From positions 930,001 through 994,000 of the forward strand of contig CM075998.1 of the NCBI GenBank assembly GCA_038087875.1: DNA of 64,000 nucleotides, read 5' to 3'. The notes beneath the pieces are model-generated. The model did not search any database. It was not told the DNA's origin and saw only the letters and a program-made list of their open reading frames with translations. This stretch comes from Malacoraja senta (taxonomy: Eukaryota). A program made the position numbers and the translations under genes. Shown here in pieces: positions 22,351-34,500 of the stretch. Position 1 is the stretch's first letter. Every line of letters begins with the position of its first letter.

Positions 22351-25300
22351 GGAGAACCTGCAGATATTAAAACAATTGTAATTTTTAGATTTAATAACAT
22401 TTCCATTTGCAGCCTTGGAAGACAGCTGATCCCCTTGCTCTGATGTTCTCCTGTACTGTTAGGTTTATGTCTAATTCCTGTTTTCAATGTATGATCGACT
22501 TGGCTTCAGAGGCCATTTATCTTTTAATGAAACTCTGCCTGTTACCAATTGCCCGCAGATGGCTGCCGACTTCAAAAAAAGGCTGTGTGGTCCTTTGGTG
22601 AAATGCTCAATTTCCACTACTTTTTTAGGAGAATTTTCGGTTGAAGGATTGTTAAAGCTGTTTGATTTCCCTTTACAAACTGCCCCAGACCTCAGCAGGG
22701 AATGGGGATTGAAGCTTCCAGCCTAGGGGCTTTATTCCAGCAATTTACAGTCTATTTCCGCGCTGAATGGCTCTATGAATCGCACCTTCACCTGGAAGGA
22801 CCCCGTTAGGACCTAGACAAAAGAAAGGTAGGAGGAATGGTCCTTTCTTTCTGAGATAGGTTCCTTTTTCCTTAACTCTGGTTTCCCCTCCACCTTAGTT
22901 GAGAGCCCTCAACCATGCCTATTCCATTTCTTCTCTCACCCCCTGTATTAGCCGGAGCAAGGATAGGGTTCCTCTTATCCTCACCTTCCACCCCATTAAC
23001 CTCGACATCCAATGGATCATCCTCTTTAATCTCCCACCACCTCCAATGAGATGCTAGCAAGTGATGCATCTTCCCCTCTGCCTGCATTCTGAAAGGACTT
23101 ATTGTTGGTATGATCAGCTATAATAACTTTTTCAAAACTCTGCTCAAACAACCACGTATTAAAAATCAGGTCTGAAATGTTTTAAAAATATCAGGTCTAA
23201 AAAAAGAACAGAAAATGTTGGAAATGGCGGTTGAGACAACAACTATGGAGTGAAAAACAGTTATTGTTTCAGATCAATCACGTTTCATGACTGCTCTTTG
23301 CAAAGAGCAGTTCTGAAACGCAATTGATCTGAAAATCAGGTTATGATATCAAAACTATGCCTCGACTGTTGCGTTTCTTGGAAGCAGTACAATGTAGAGA
23401 TCACAACTAAAACAAAAAATAATGAAATCAATAGATAATATTTTTCATTACAAGCCCATTGTTCAGTTAACAAAGCAATGTCGGAATAAAGTTGCGACTG
23501 ACCTGAATAAGTGTTTCTTTCACTGCTGTGTGAATTGCTCCACCGGAGAACAAATGTTTGCAAATGATTGTGAGGTTTTTATATTTATGGATGTTTGAAG
23601 CGGGAGGAAGGAAAGTGAGGAGAGATTTTACAGTAAACAGGAAACCACTGAGGTTATACTGTGTGTACCCAATGCTCATGGGGACAGAAGGTGTTGCAAG
23701 ATAATGAATATTTTGTCCGGCTTTGGGTTTGAAAAGTCAGCATCTTTACTTTCCCAAACGAGTCAAATAACTGGCTAAATGTGCAACGTACAAAGCCACA
23801 GACTAAATCGGCAGAGGTCATTTTATTGTGTAAAATCTGTATGGAGAAGTGTGGGGACCACTTTCAAATTTAAGTCTTACATTATGTTGGCTTGTATTTG
23901 CTTCCTCTCCTTACCCAAAGCATAAAGGTCCTAAGGTGTGTTACTGGGTCACACAAATCTTGTTTGATCGCAGCTCGTAGTTGAGCTCGTAGGATACAAC
24001 TGTGTCAGCTAAAGAGATGCTTCATGTTACTAATGGACGCCTAAGATGAGAAAAGTGGTGCAGCTGTGATAACTCTGCAATAAACATCAGGGCTATTGTG
24101 ACCAATGGAATTGTGCCCTGTCTGTGTCGCCATGAGAGTATGAATAAAAACTGAAGGAAGAAATAAGCCTTCTCAGAATGTCAGGTGATTTAGGTTCATA
24201 GCTTTGATCACTTTTTCGGTCACTTAGGATAGGTATAGAGATGTTTATAAATGTGGACAAGATTAAGCTCGGGCCCATCAATTTAAGTCACTGGCAAATT
24301 CCATTGAGAATTCAAGATAAAACTTCATAACCCGAAGAATGGTCTTTTTTGAGCTGTATGATTATTGTCAACTTTGTGGGGGGAAATAGGAAGGAAGCTT
24401 GTAGAATATCTCCTCAAATACAATAAAGATAGATTTTTCAAAAAATATCTATCTACTAGAAAAATTTAAATATATTTTTGGACACTAACAATAATAAAAA
24501 CATATGGAGACCCTTCCTCAGACTGATTCCTCTAGGATTTCCAGAGATCAGCAGGTTAAGCAATAACTGGAGGAAAAGAGATGATCGTTGTTCAATTGAG
24601 ACCCTGCATCTCTCTCTTTATCAGTCCTGATGAAAAGTCTTTGATTTGAAACGTTAAGTGTCTCTTCCAATAGATGCTGCCTGAAATGTTGAGGTTTAGC
24701 CAGCATTTTCAGCTTTTATTCTAACAGATAATGGACAATCATATCTGGAAGCTTAATCTTAACATTTCTCATCATATTGTTTAAGGCTAGTATGATGAGG
24801 GAGGCTATGGAGGATGTTACTTATTATGGTGTATTGTAAGTATTTTTATGATTAGTAATCTTGATTAAATGTAAATGATTAAATGTCAGATATAAATTGT
24901 ATACTAATTGAAATTTTCCTTTCACTATTATTTTTCTCAACATTATGTCACATTTGTTTGTATTGAGTTGTATCAGCTCAGAAGTAGGTGGGAGGTTGCA
25001 CGAGAAGTGAAGGGGGAAAGTTGAAATGGATTTCACATAGAAGGGAACTAAAGATTGAGTTAAATCTGAGACACAAAACAAATAATGTGGGGATTATGGC
25101 ATTGATTAGAAAACTATGATTTTCAAAGTAACTGCACAGTGGTATGTGTCCTTTGTTGGCAGTGGCAGTGGATTGTGGGGATTTGAAAAGTGAATTTGCT
25201 GAGCTTTACAATTAAAGACTGGATACCCCCCCCCCCCCCCCCATTACACCTAACAACTATTGTGCATTTGACTTTTTGTCTCGTATCCTGTCTCCTGTAT

Positions 25301-26659
25301 TTTGCTGCTTTCTGAAAAATACTTCCTGATAGGGTTTTTTTGTTACAGACTCGACAAGAAATGTCAATCAGTGAAGGAGTCCAAAGGAACAGAACATTAC
25401 TGAGGTTGCACTGCAAATCAGCAAGCAGAAGGAAAATTCTCTTGGAGTAGGCCAGGCCGTCACATTCACAATGGAAGCAGCAGGAAAATGTGATCAAACA
25501 CAGGACAAAGGGACTCTACTAGCACTACTGCTCTGAGGCAACTGGCTTGATCCATTGTATGGGTCAAATCCTGAGATCTTCCCGATCTGCCATTAAATGA
25601 GATCCTGGTAATACTGAACTTTTAAAGTCTACTTATCCATCACTGATTCACATAAAGTATCTCATTTCAATATACACAACAACAGTATTTGGTGATATTT
25701 TTCAACATTAAGGGAAGTTGCAGGGCTTAAAGTAGTAAGAAATATATGTTTTAATTTGTCAACATTTCAAGTACATTTTGAGCAGGCTCATAACCACTGG
25801 ACGGTTACTTTACAAAAGGAATGGATACTTCTGCTGACAATGAAAAATAAAAAATTTGGATTATTACAGTCGTTCAGATGAAAACTATGTGGGTGTAGGT
25901 AGAATGAAAATCTTGCTTGCAGTAGCATCGCAGGCTGAGACAACACACAGAAACAAAAATTATACGTGAATTGCACAAATTCTACAAGAAAAGACAAAAG
26001 GCTTTGCACAATTGTGCAAAAATGCATAATTGGGAAACGAGTCCATCGTAGTGCAAGAGATGGCCCGAACTGTTCCATTGCCGAGGTAGGAGTAAGATTA
26101 TCCGGGTAGTTTCAAGAACTTGATGGTTGTAAGAAAGTAGCTGTTCCTGAACTTGATGGCGTGGGGCTTCAAGCTTCAATACCTCCTACCCGATGGTAGC
26201 AGCGAAGGGAGGGCATGGCTCGGATGTTGGGGATCCTCGATGAGGTATACCGTTTGAGGCAGTGTTTAAGAAGGAACTGCAGATGCTGGAACATTGAAGG
26301 TAGACAAAAATGCTGGAGAAACTCAGCGGGTGCAGCAGCATCTATGGAGCGAAGGAAATAAGCAACGTTTCGGGCCGAAACCCTTCTTCAGTGCCTCGTG
26401 TTAATGCTTTCGATGCTGGGGAAGGCTGTGCACATAATCTGAACTCGGCTGAGTCCAACATTCTTCGTGATTACATCTGAGACCAGGACAGGTCACCCTA
26501 GATATTAATGCTCAGGAATTTGTACCTATCCATGTTCTCCAGAGATGCTGCCTGACCCACTGAGTTACTCCAGCACTCTGTGTCCTCTTGTGTAAAGCAG
26601 CATCTGCAGTTCCTTGTTTCTATATTTGATTCTTTAATCGTTCCCTGAGGTTTAAGTGA

Positions 26660-27164
26660 AAGTGTGCGGACGGATTGTCTTCCATGTGGACGCCGCGCTT
26701 GGGCGGGAACTAAGGCGGCTGCTCGTTCCTCCCCGCGAGAGCTTGGGCGAGATCGATGGGCGAGGGCGACACAAAGGCGGGATTGTCCACGTGAGGCAGC
26801 CGCGGCTTTAAATTCAGCTTCAGTTGACGCTGGCCGAGGTGGTGTGTGTGGAGAACCGGGGGTGGCATAATCCCTGTGAAATCACGAATTCTCTATGAAA
26901 TCGTTGTTTAAAGAAAGAATATTGAAGCTGATTGTTTATCGATACACCTTTTTAGCTTCCCCCTCCCCCCACACAAGGTGCGCTGACCATTTCAGTCATT
27001 ACTTTTTTTTCTAGAATTATCATTTTGTACTTTTCCGTTCCTGAACGGTAAGTTTGCGAGTGCGATTTCATAAAAACAGTGGGATTTTAAATTGGATCTG
27101 TCTTGTCATCCAATAAATTAATTCATGTTGTGTTCTTTCCAGTTTCGGAACTTCGCTGGAGTTG
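26660..27164 (+). promoter_or_regulatory. CpG promoter and non-coding 5' exons of the orphan coiled-coil gene
   Basis: GGCGGGA at 26702 and 26776, CACGTG at 26788. Donor gtaagt at 27048. A 22-nt exon at 27143-27164 (ttctttccag...gtaagt). Confidence 0.6.
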
Positions 27165-28006
27165 GTAAGTTTGATGACTTGTGAAGGGAGCCTTTGTTTT
27201 AATAGGGCAGGACATCATAATAATTCAGGATGAGATAACTGTCATTATGGAATATAATCTGATGAATGAAAAATCTGATACAATTACCAGAAGATGTGGT
27301 GTACCCGTGTGTTGCTTGGATTCATTGTTACATCATGGTGATGCACTTGGTCTAAGCAAGCCATCAGGCCAGGTTTTAATTTAGCCAGCCATAGTTCAGC
27401 CTGACCTTTCAAGCATTGAAGTGTTGATGGTGATTGGTAGCTAATAAGAACAAGGTTGACATTTGCCATCCAAAATTAATAATAAAGTCAAAGTTGGAGG
27501 ATCTCAGCGGGCCGGGTAGCATCTGTGCAGGGAAATAGACGGATGATGAGACGTGAAGGGAAGGGAGAACGCTGGAAAAGAGGGGTGAGGGTGGAGGCGA
27601 AGTTTGACAAGTGGTAGGTCGAGACAAAAACAACTGCAGATGCTGGAATATTGAATAAAACAACGTGCTGGAGGAACTGTCAGGGAGCATCTGTGGAGGA
27701 AAAAGGACAAATGAGTTGGGACCCTTCAGACTGACTCGCAAGGAACTGCAGATGCTGGAATCTTCAGGGAAAAATAGCACACTGCTGGATGACCTCAATG
27801 GGTCAGACAATCTGTGAGCAATGGATCAGCCCTGACCAAGATCGTTGTCTGTCCATTTCTGTCTGTCCCTCCACATTTGCTGCTTGACCTGAATTCCTTC
27901 AGCACTTTTTTTGCTCAAGATTCCAGCATCTGCAGTTCCTTGTGCCTCTGTCTTAATGATAAAATCAACTCGCTGCCCTGATATTAACAGCATGGATGCT
28001 TTGACA

Positions 28007-28009
<3 letters not shown>

Positions 28010-28040
<31 letters not shown>
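28010..28040 (+). repeat. (TG)n microsatellite
   Basis: About 15 perfect TG units. Confidence 0.95.
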
Positions 28041-28042
<2 letters not shown>

Positions 28043-28099
28043 GAGAGGAGAGGATGGGAAGACTAGTTGCCAATGAATTATTTTTTATTAATGTAGCAA

Positions 28100-29000
28100 A
28101 TAAATGTACCTGGGAGTTTCACAAGGTGATAAGGGAAGATTGCCAAAAGTTTGGCCAGAGGATTATGTTTATTTAGGCGATGTATTAAGGAAGAAAAAAG
28201 TATTGTGAGTGAATTCTAGAGCTGAGGTCCAGACAGCCCATAGGAGCAATTAAATTAGGACTGATTTTGTTTCAGGCAAGAATTTGAAGAGATTTGAGAA
28301 TGTTAAAAATTGAGTTGAACCAGGTTGAATATGGTAGTATGAGTTGAGACAGTGGCAGTAGACATTTTGAATGTTGTTTAGGTAGGGAATCCAGATGGGA
28401 GTGTGTTGGCAGAGGTGACAAATGTGTGTGATTGTGCATTTCATTAGTTAGGTGGGGTGAATCTGGGGCAGACCTGGATGGCATTACTGCAGTAGAAATA
28501 GGTGGCCTTCTGTAACCTTCTGTTCAGACATTCTTGATGGAGAGAGATAGTGTCAATGGGTAACAAACCAAGTTTGTGACTGAGACTAAAGATGATGGGG
28601 TTGATATTCCCACTGCTTGCCACTGCCTATTTATCATTGAATGTAAGATAGATTCATTGACATTTTGGAGACAATGGTGGGATCAAGAGATGTGAGTTGG
28701 TTGTTGTCAATATGCAGAAGAAAATTGATGCTGTGTTCTTGGATGACTTTGCAGAGAGGTGTTGGAGGGTGGATGTGATCAACTGCATCAGTGGACATGG
28801 AGGAATAGATTGCCAATAGTTACAATGCGTGCAATTGTAACAATGAACTTCGATCAGAGCCATTTCAGGACTGTGCTGGAAATGGAAACCTGACTGCAGG
28901 GATTCAAACCAGGAGTTCTGGTGAAGGTGAGCGTGAAGTTGAGAAGCTCTGGCACATTCAATGACTTGGGAGGACAAAGGGAGGTTGGAAGTGGGGGCAG
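28100..29000 (-). mobile_element. Old L2 LINE RT remnant
   Basis: LQSGFHFQHSPEMALIEV resembles the L2 RT motif QSGFRxxHSTETAL. Confidence 0.6.
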
Positions 29001-30639
29001 TAACATGAAAGGACTTGATTTTTTTTGGTTAGGTGATAGTGGCAGATTGAAATAAAGAGGGAGGGAGGGTGGAGAATATTCTTTGAAGGCAACTATTTAA
29101 TATTATTTCAGTTATTCTAGAGTCCAGGAATAAAACATGGGTGGTCAGAATCTAGATGAAGGAGCGAACGGTATCTTGTGGACTTCATTAATTTGGAGAA
29201 AGATCAAAGAGAGAAATTAGGAAAAGCTACAATTTGGGGTGAGGCTTGGGATAAAGGAGGCCATATGAGCTTTTTGGCCTGGTGTATTGTGTAAGAATGG
29301 GAATGGGTAGAGACTGGTTTCAATCTTAATGTCAAAGTTCTTTGCGCTTATTATTGGAGAGACCCCCTCCATTGATTACTGTGGAAAGAGCATTGACGTT
29401 AAATGATTCTCGGCTGGACGATTCCCCTCATCAATCCTTGGAATGGCATGAACATAGGAATGTGATGGACGTGTGTTAGGAGGAGGACAGCTTAGACTTC
29501 CCACAACACAGAAGTATTCAAACAAATCAATGTGTGTTTTACCAGTCATTTGATATTTTGTGTGGAAAGCTGTGCAAAGACTTAAATATACAGTACTCTG
29601 CTTACATTTGATGCACTAGAAAATTGGTAAGAAGTAATTGGGTGATACAAAGCCTGAAATTTGTGGAAGGAAGGCAATGGGGATTGATTAGTTCCATGTT
29701 TGAACCCTCAGGAATAGATGAACTTGGTATGATGAGGCTTGGTTTCAATGCTGGGAAGTCATGGAATGTGAATGTCTCTCCCAAGTTCCAAATACAGTTC
29801 AAAAGAGCAAAGTGAAGGTGGGCAGAGAAATCTCCTCAATTTTCGACAGTATTTGAGCTAAAAGAAGATAACTACTTTGGGAGGGCTCATCATCTTTTGT
29901 TTTGTGCAGGAGCCAAACCTCCAGGCCAATTTTTTTTAAAAGTCTGCATTTGGACAGAACTCTAAAGCTGAGAATGAGATTTTGAAACACAGGCATCCCC
30001 ATTTGTTTGCATTGATAGCTGTTCCATAACACTCATTAGTTAATAGCCTGGGAGTAACTTGTGTGGCAAGTTTTAAAAGAAAAATTCTACTGATCATTAA
30101 TTACTCTAATTTTTGAGCCAGCATTTGAGGGCATAGCTCTGAATGACACAGGGACATTTTAACTGCTCTTTTAAAAAAAAAAAAAATCTCAATTGAATCC
30201 ATAGAAGAAAGTACTTTTCCTACCAAACTGAACTTGAGACTACTAATTGTTCAGTCGTCAGAACCCAAACTGGGGAAAATATACACATATGGGAAACCAT
30301 TTGTAGTATATCTCTTTTCAACTTGAGACGAGCTTCATTGCATGATCACGATGATGCAATATCACAATAGGCGTTGAATATCTTGCATGAAACTGGTACT
30401 TAAAACTGGGGTATTTTTACACAATCATTTTTACTCTATTCCAAATCATCATTAATAGAACTCTTACAACTTTGTTCATTAGTAGCATGGTGATGTTTGG
30501 ATTCAACGTGGAGCAGTATTTAACCTAACTTGTCCAGTTAAGGCCACTACGTACATCTTGTATGGAAATGCTCAAAATAGGCACATATCAAGATTAGTAG
30601 TAGTTTCAGTAATTTGCCAGGTGACAAAAAAGTTAGCTA

Positions 30640-31368
30640 AGGTAGACAAAAATGCTGGAGAAACTCAGCGGGTGCAGCAGCATCTATGGAGCGAAGGAAA
30701 TAGGCAACGTTTCATGGCCGAAACCCTTCTTCAGACTGATGTGAGGGTGGGGGTGGCAGGAAGAAGAAAGGATGAGGAGGAGCCAGAGGGCTGAGGGAGA
30801 GCTGAGAAGGGGAGGAGACAGTGAGGACTACCTGAAATTAGAAAAGTCAATGTTCATACCACTGGGGTACAAACTGCCCAAGCGAAATATGAGGTGCTGC
30901 TCCTCCAATTTACGGTGGTCCTCACTCTGGCCGTGGAGGAGGCCCAGGACAGAAAGGTCGGATTCGGAATGGGAGGGGGAGTTGAAGTGCTGAGCCACCG
31001 AGAGATCAGGTTGGTTATTGCGAACCGAGCGGAGGTGTTCGGCGAAGCGACCGTCAAGCCTACGCTTGGTCTTACGGATGTAGATCAGCTGACATCTAGA
31101 GCAGCGGATGCAATAGATGAGGTTGGAGGAGGTGCAGGTGAACCTCTGTCGCACCTGGAACGACTGCTTGGGTCCTTGAATGGAGTCAAGGGGGGAGGTA
31201 AAGCGACAAGTGTAGCATTTCTTGCGGTTGAGGTAAAGCGACAAGTATAGCATTTGTTGCCAATTTCCTTCGCTCCATAGATGCTGCTGCACCCGCTGAG
31301 TTTCTGCAGCATTTTTGCTGCAGAAACTCAGCTTCAATTTTCCAGCATCTGCAGTTCCTTCTTAAACA
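30640..31368 (-). mobile_element. Penelope-like element fragment (GIY-YIG) with inverted terminal repeats and 14-bp TSD
   Basis: NLIYCIRCSRCQLIYIRKTKRRL..RFAEH (GIY-YIG). Terminal repeat is in opposite orientations at the two ends. aaaaaagttagcta occurs at 30626-30639 and 31369-31382. Confidence 0.9.
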
Positions 31369-31562
31369 AAAAAAGTTAGCTAGTTTGCTAGTTGGACAAA
31401 AAAAGGTTAATTATGTAATATGCCTTTAAAATGTTTAAGTTGTCTAAATAATGAGTCAGAAAGACAGTAGATCTGATTGTATTTTTTTAAATCCAAGTTA
31501 GGAAAGATTTAAGCTACTTACAGTTTGAGTGCAATTTAACACAATTTGTCTTGCAGATTATC

Positions 31563-34500
31563 ATGGAACAGCCTGCAGTGAAAGGTGAGTGCCAAAATCT
31601 GGCTGTTTTTAAATTTCGGATAAATCCAAATGTAGCAGTCAAGCATTGGGTGTATGTTACTAGCACAGTGTCAAAAGTGAGAAGAGAAAATCAAATCAAA
31701 TTTTCTGCTAGGTTTTCCTGACCTTTAACTCCAATAGGATCTAATGATTTACAAGCATCTGAAAATATACAGAAACTTAACTGTTATTAAATTCTAGTTG
31801 ATAAAATGTAACTATTTGGAACATTTTCTTATGGGGGTGTCAAAGCTGTGGCTTTAAAAGATTAAATTGTGTTTGAACAGCTCCACCTTGGCAGCTAGCT
31901 TGCACAACTAGTTGCAACTACTTGCAAGGAATGCCATGACAGATGAACTAGAAATATTAAATAACTAGTCTTTTAAATGAAGTGTATTAACCTTGGGTAA
32001 GTCCAGGGAAATGTGGGTGGATCATATGGTTTTGTGTGGCTTGGGGAGTAATGTCTTTGGTTACGAGCACTAAACACAGGCAAGCATATGGACTCTTGGT
32101 TGTATTCCTCTCTGCTAATTTGGTTCCATTGTGGAACTGAATCTGTAGAGGTAGATACAACAAGTGGCCAATATTCATTCATATATGCATTTGGCGTTGC
32201 TAACTAAGGACCAATTTCTTGCTGTATAATTCAACATAATTCAAATAATATTACTTTGACATGCAAGTAGCTTTTCTACTGTATTATTGATCAACTAAAC
32301 ACCTAAATTGGTGGACAGTTTAAGCATTTTAAAAGTTCTATGTGACTTGGCATTTCTCTTTTTCTATTTTCAGATCTATTTCTCTCTAACTGTTCTTCCA
32401 TCCTCCTACCCTGCTGTGTAAATTAACCTATCTTTTCAAATTTTTACTAATTCTTGGCTCTTAACTGAATTGTTAAAAGAAAGCTCCAAAGGTTACGACA
32501 ATTGACATAGACAAATAAAATGTCTGGATGATTAAATTATTCCTTGGCATGGTAAGAGTAAATAGAATAATTTGTGATATTGCATTGTTTCAAGGACTTG
32601 TTTCAATGTAATAGTTGTGAGTGTGTTTGTGTATCATTGAGGTAAGCTTGAATAGCAGCCTGGGATTTGAGCTTGTGTTGTCAGAATGGAGTCCAGCACT
32701 CTATCACTGCAATCACTTAAAAATATATATTGTCTAGTCAATTCTGACACACTCCTGGTGCTATATTTTCAGAAAGTTCCAAAAATCTGTATCTGGAAAG
32801 GGTTTGAGTTTCTCATTGCTTTACTGTTTCATTTCCAGGCATCTTTTCTTTCTTATAGACTGTATTCCAAAGAAGAGCTGGGGTGAGATTATGGATGAAT
32901 TGGATGAATTGGGTGAACTGGATTGTGGTGAGTGACAGGGAAAATGGATTAGTTCCATTTTCACAGTGGGTGGTTCACCAACACACAAGCCAATCCCTTT
33001 CGCCTTCCACCACTGCCCCCCCCCTCCTCCCCAATGTGCCTACACTTCAGGAGAGTGTGAGAGTGGATGAAAGGATGCCTTTGGATTGTGTGTATATAAA
33101 CACCTGTTCATACAAAGTGAGAGTTAATACGGGACGTTTCCTGTTTAAAGGTCCAAGATACTCTGATGCATTATTTAAATTACTTTTAGAATTCCTTTAG
33201 TCAGTAGTAAGTAAATGATGACTTTGGAGGCATTGTTGTCACCAACAAAGTACTTTCCTGAACATTGACAAGCACTCTTCCTAGCTTAAACCTGCTTCGT
33301 AGCATAAGCACCCATACATTTCATCCCTCAACAATATAGTAAGTGAATTGGAGCAATTGGTGAAGACTACCAACTACAAGTGGAAAATGCAAAGTAGCTA
33401 TGGCAAGAAGGAACAGAACTTACTAATGAGGCTGTGACCCAGAACATCTTGGTTTCATTATGATCTTATCTTCAAAAGGAAAGTTTAGAAGAAATTTTGA
33501 GCACTTAGTCCGTTTACAATTGCTGTTAAGAGGCAAATGAATATGACGGGACACTTGGAGCATCATTACAGATGTGTGGGAAGGACTTGATGTAGAAAAC
33601 AATGGAATGATTGGCATCTCTATGGTGCTCTGTAACTGAGCTATAGAACTGGGAGACTATAGCAGAGAGTTCTACACTGGGGCTATCAAGACCGCGTGCA
33701 CCTGTTTACAACGGCCTGTTATTGCTGGATAAGATGCTGGGAATCGTCAGGGAAGAACAGTGGCAACATCCTGCCTCTTTCTCAGAAGGTTGATATACAA
33801 AGTTGTCATGTATGTCAGGCAAGGTTTTGCAGATAGTATTGTGATCAATTGTTCAATGCTGTTGCTGAGCAGAAGTTAATGACCTGAAATTGAAATCTGG
33901 CAAACGGCTGAAGAGAATATGCAACTTCATGCAGCAGAAAGTTACCAAGCCCTCTTATCTCTTGTTGCCATGTTCTCTGAAGCTTGATCTCATTAACTTG
34001 GATAATGTAGGTTAGCTGGCTTCTGACCAACGTGAGTTCTCTTCTGGTACATCTGAGTAGTCCTCTTTACCATCAAATGGACGAATCGCTCTTTTCTGTA
34101 GCCGTGCCAGCAATTTCCATTCATCTAGCATTTTAACATGGAGAAATAACACAACACCTTGGAGGCTTAATCAAAAAATGTTTACATGGCCAAAGAGGAA
34201 AGTAAGAAGGGTGACGCAAAGCTTAATCACAGGGATGGGTTTAAAGGAGAGACAGATAATTTGGATTGAAAGAGTACAGGCTTTGGGCAACTAAAACCAC
34301 AGAATGCTGAAGGTGTGATGTGATTTATTGAAGGGAGATAGTTCACCAAGGTCAGAGTCTGAGTTTGTGTGTGTACAGTGGTGATAGAATTGGAGATGGT
34401 TATAAAGATGAGGCAGTCCATGGATTTGGAATTGGTTACAAAGATGAGGAGATCCATGGATTTGGAATAGTTGTTCCATTACTATTGTTTGGCATGAAAG

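Noticed and set aside
32374-32420. Possible extra exon of the orphan gene (ttttcag acceptor)
   Set aside because: No good donor, pyrimidine-rich low-complexity content, and it is not needed for phase compatibility.
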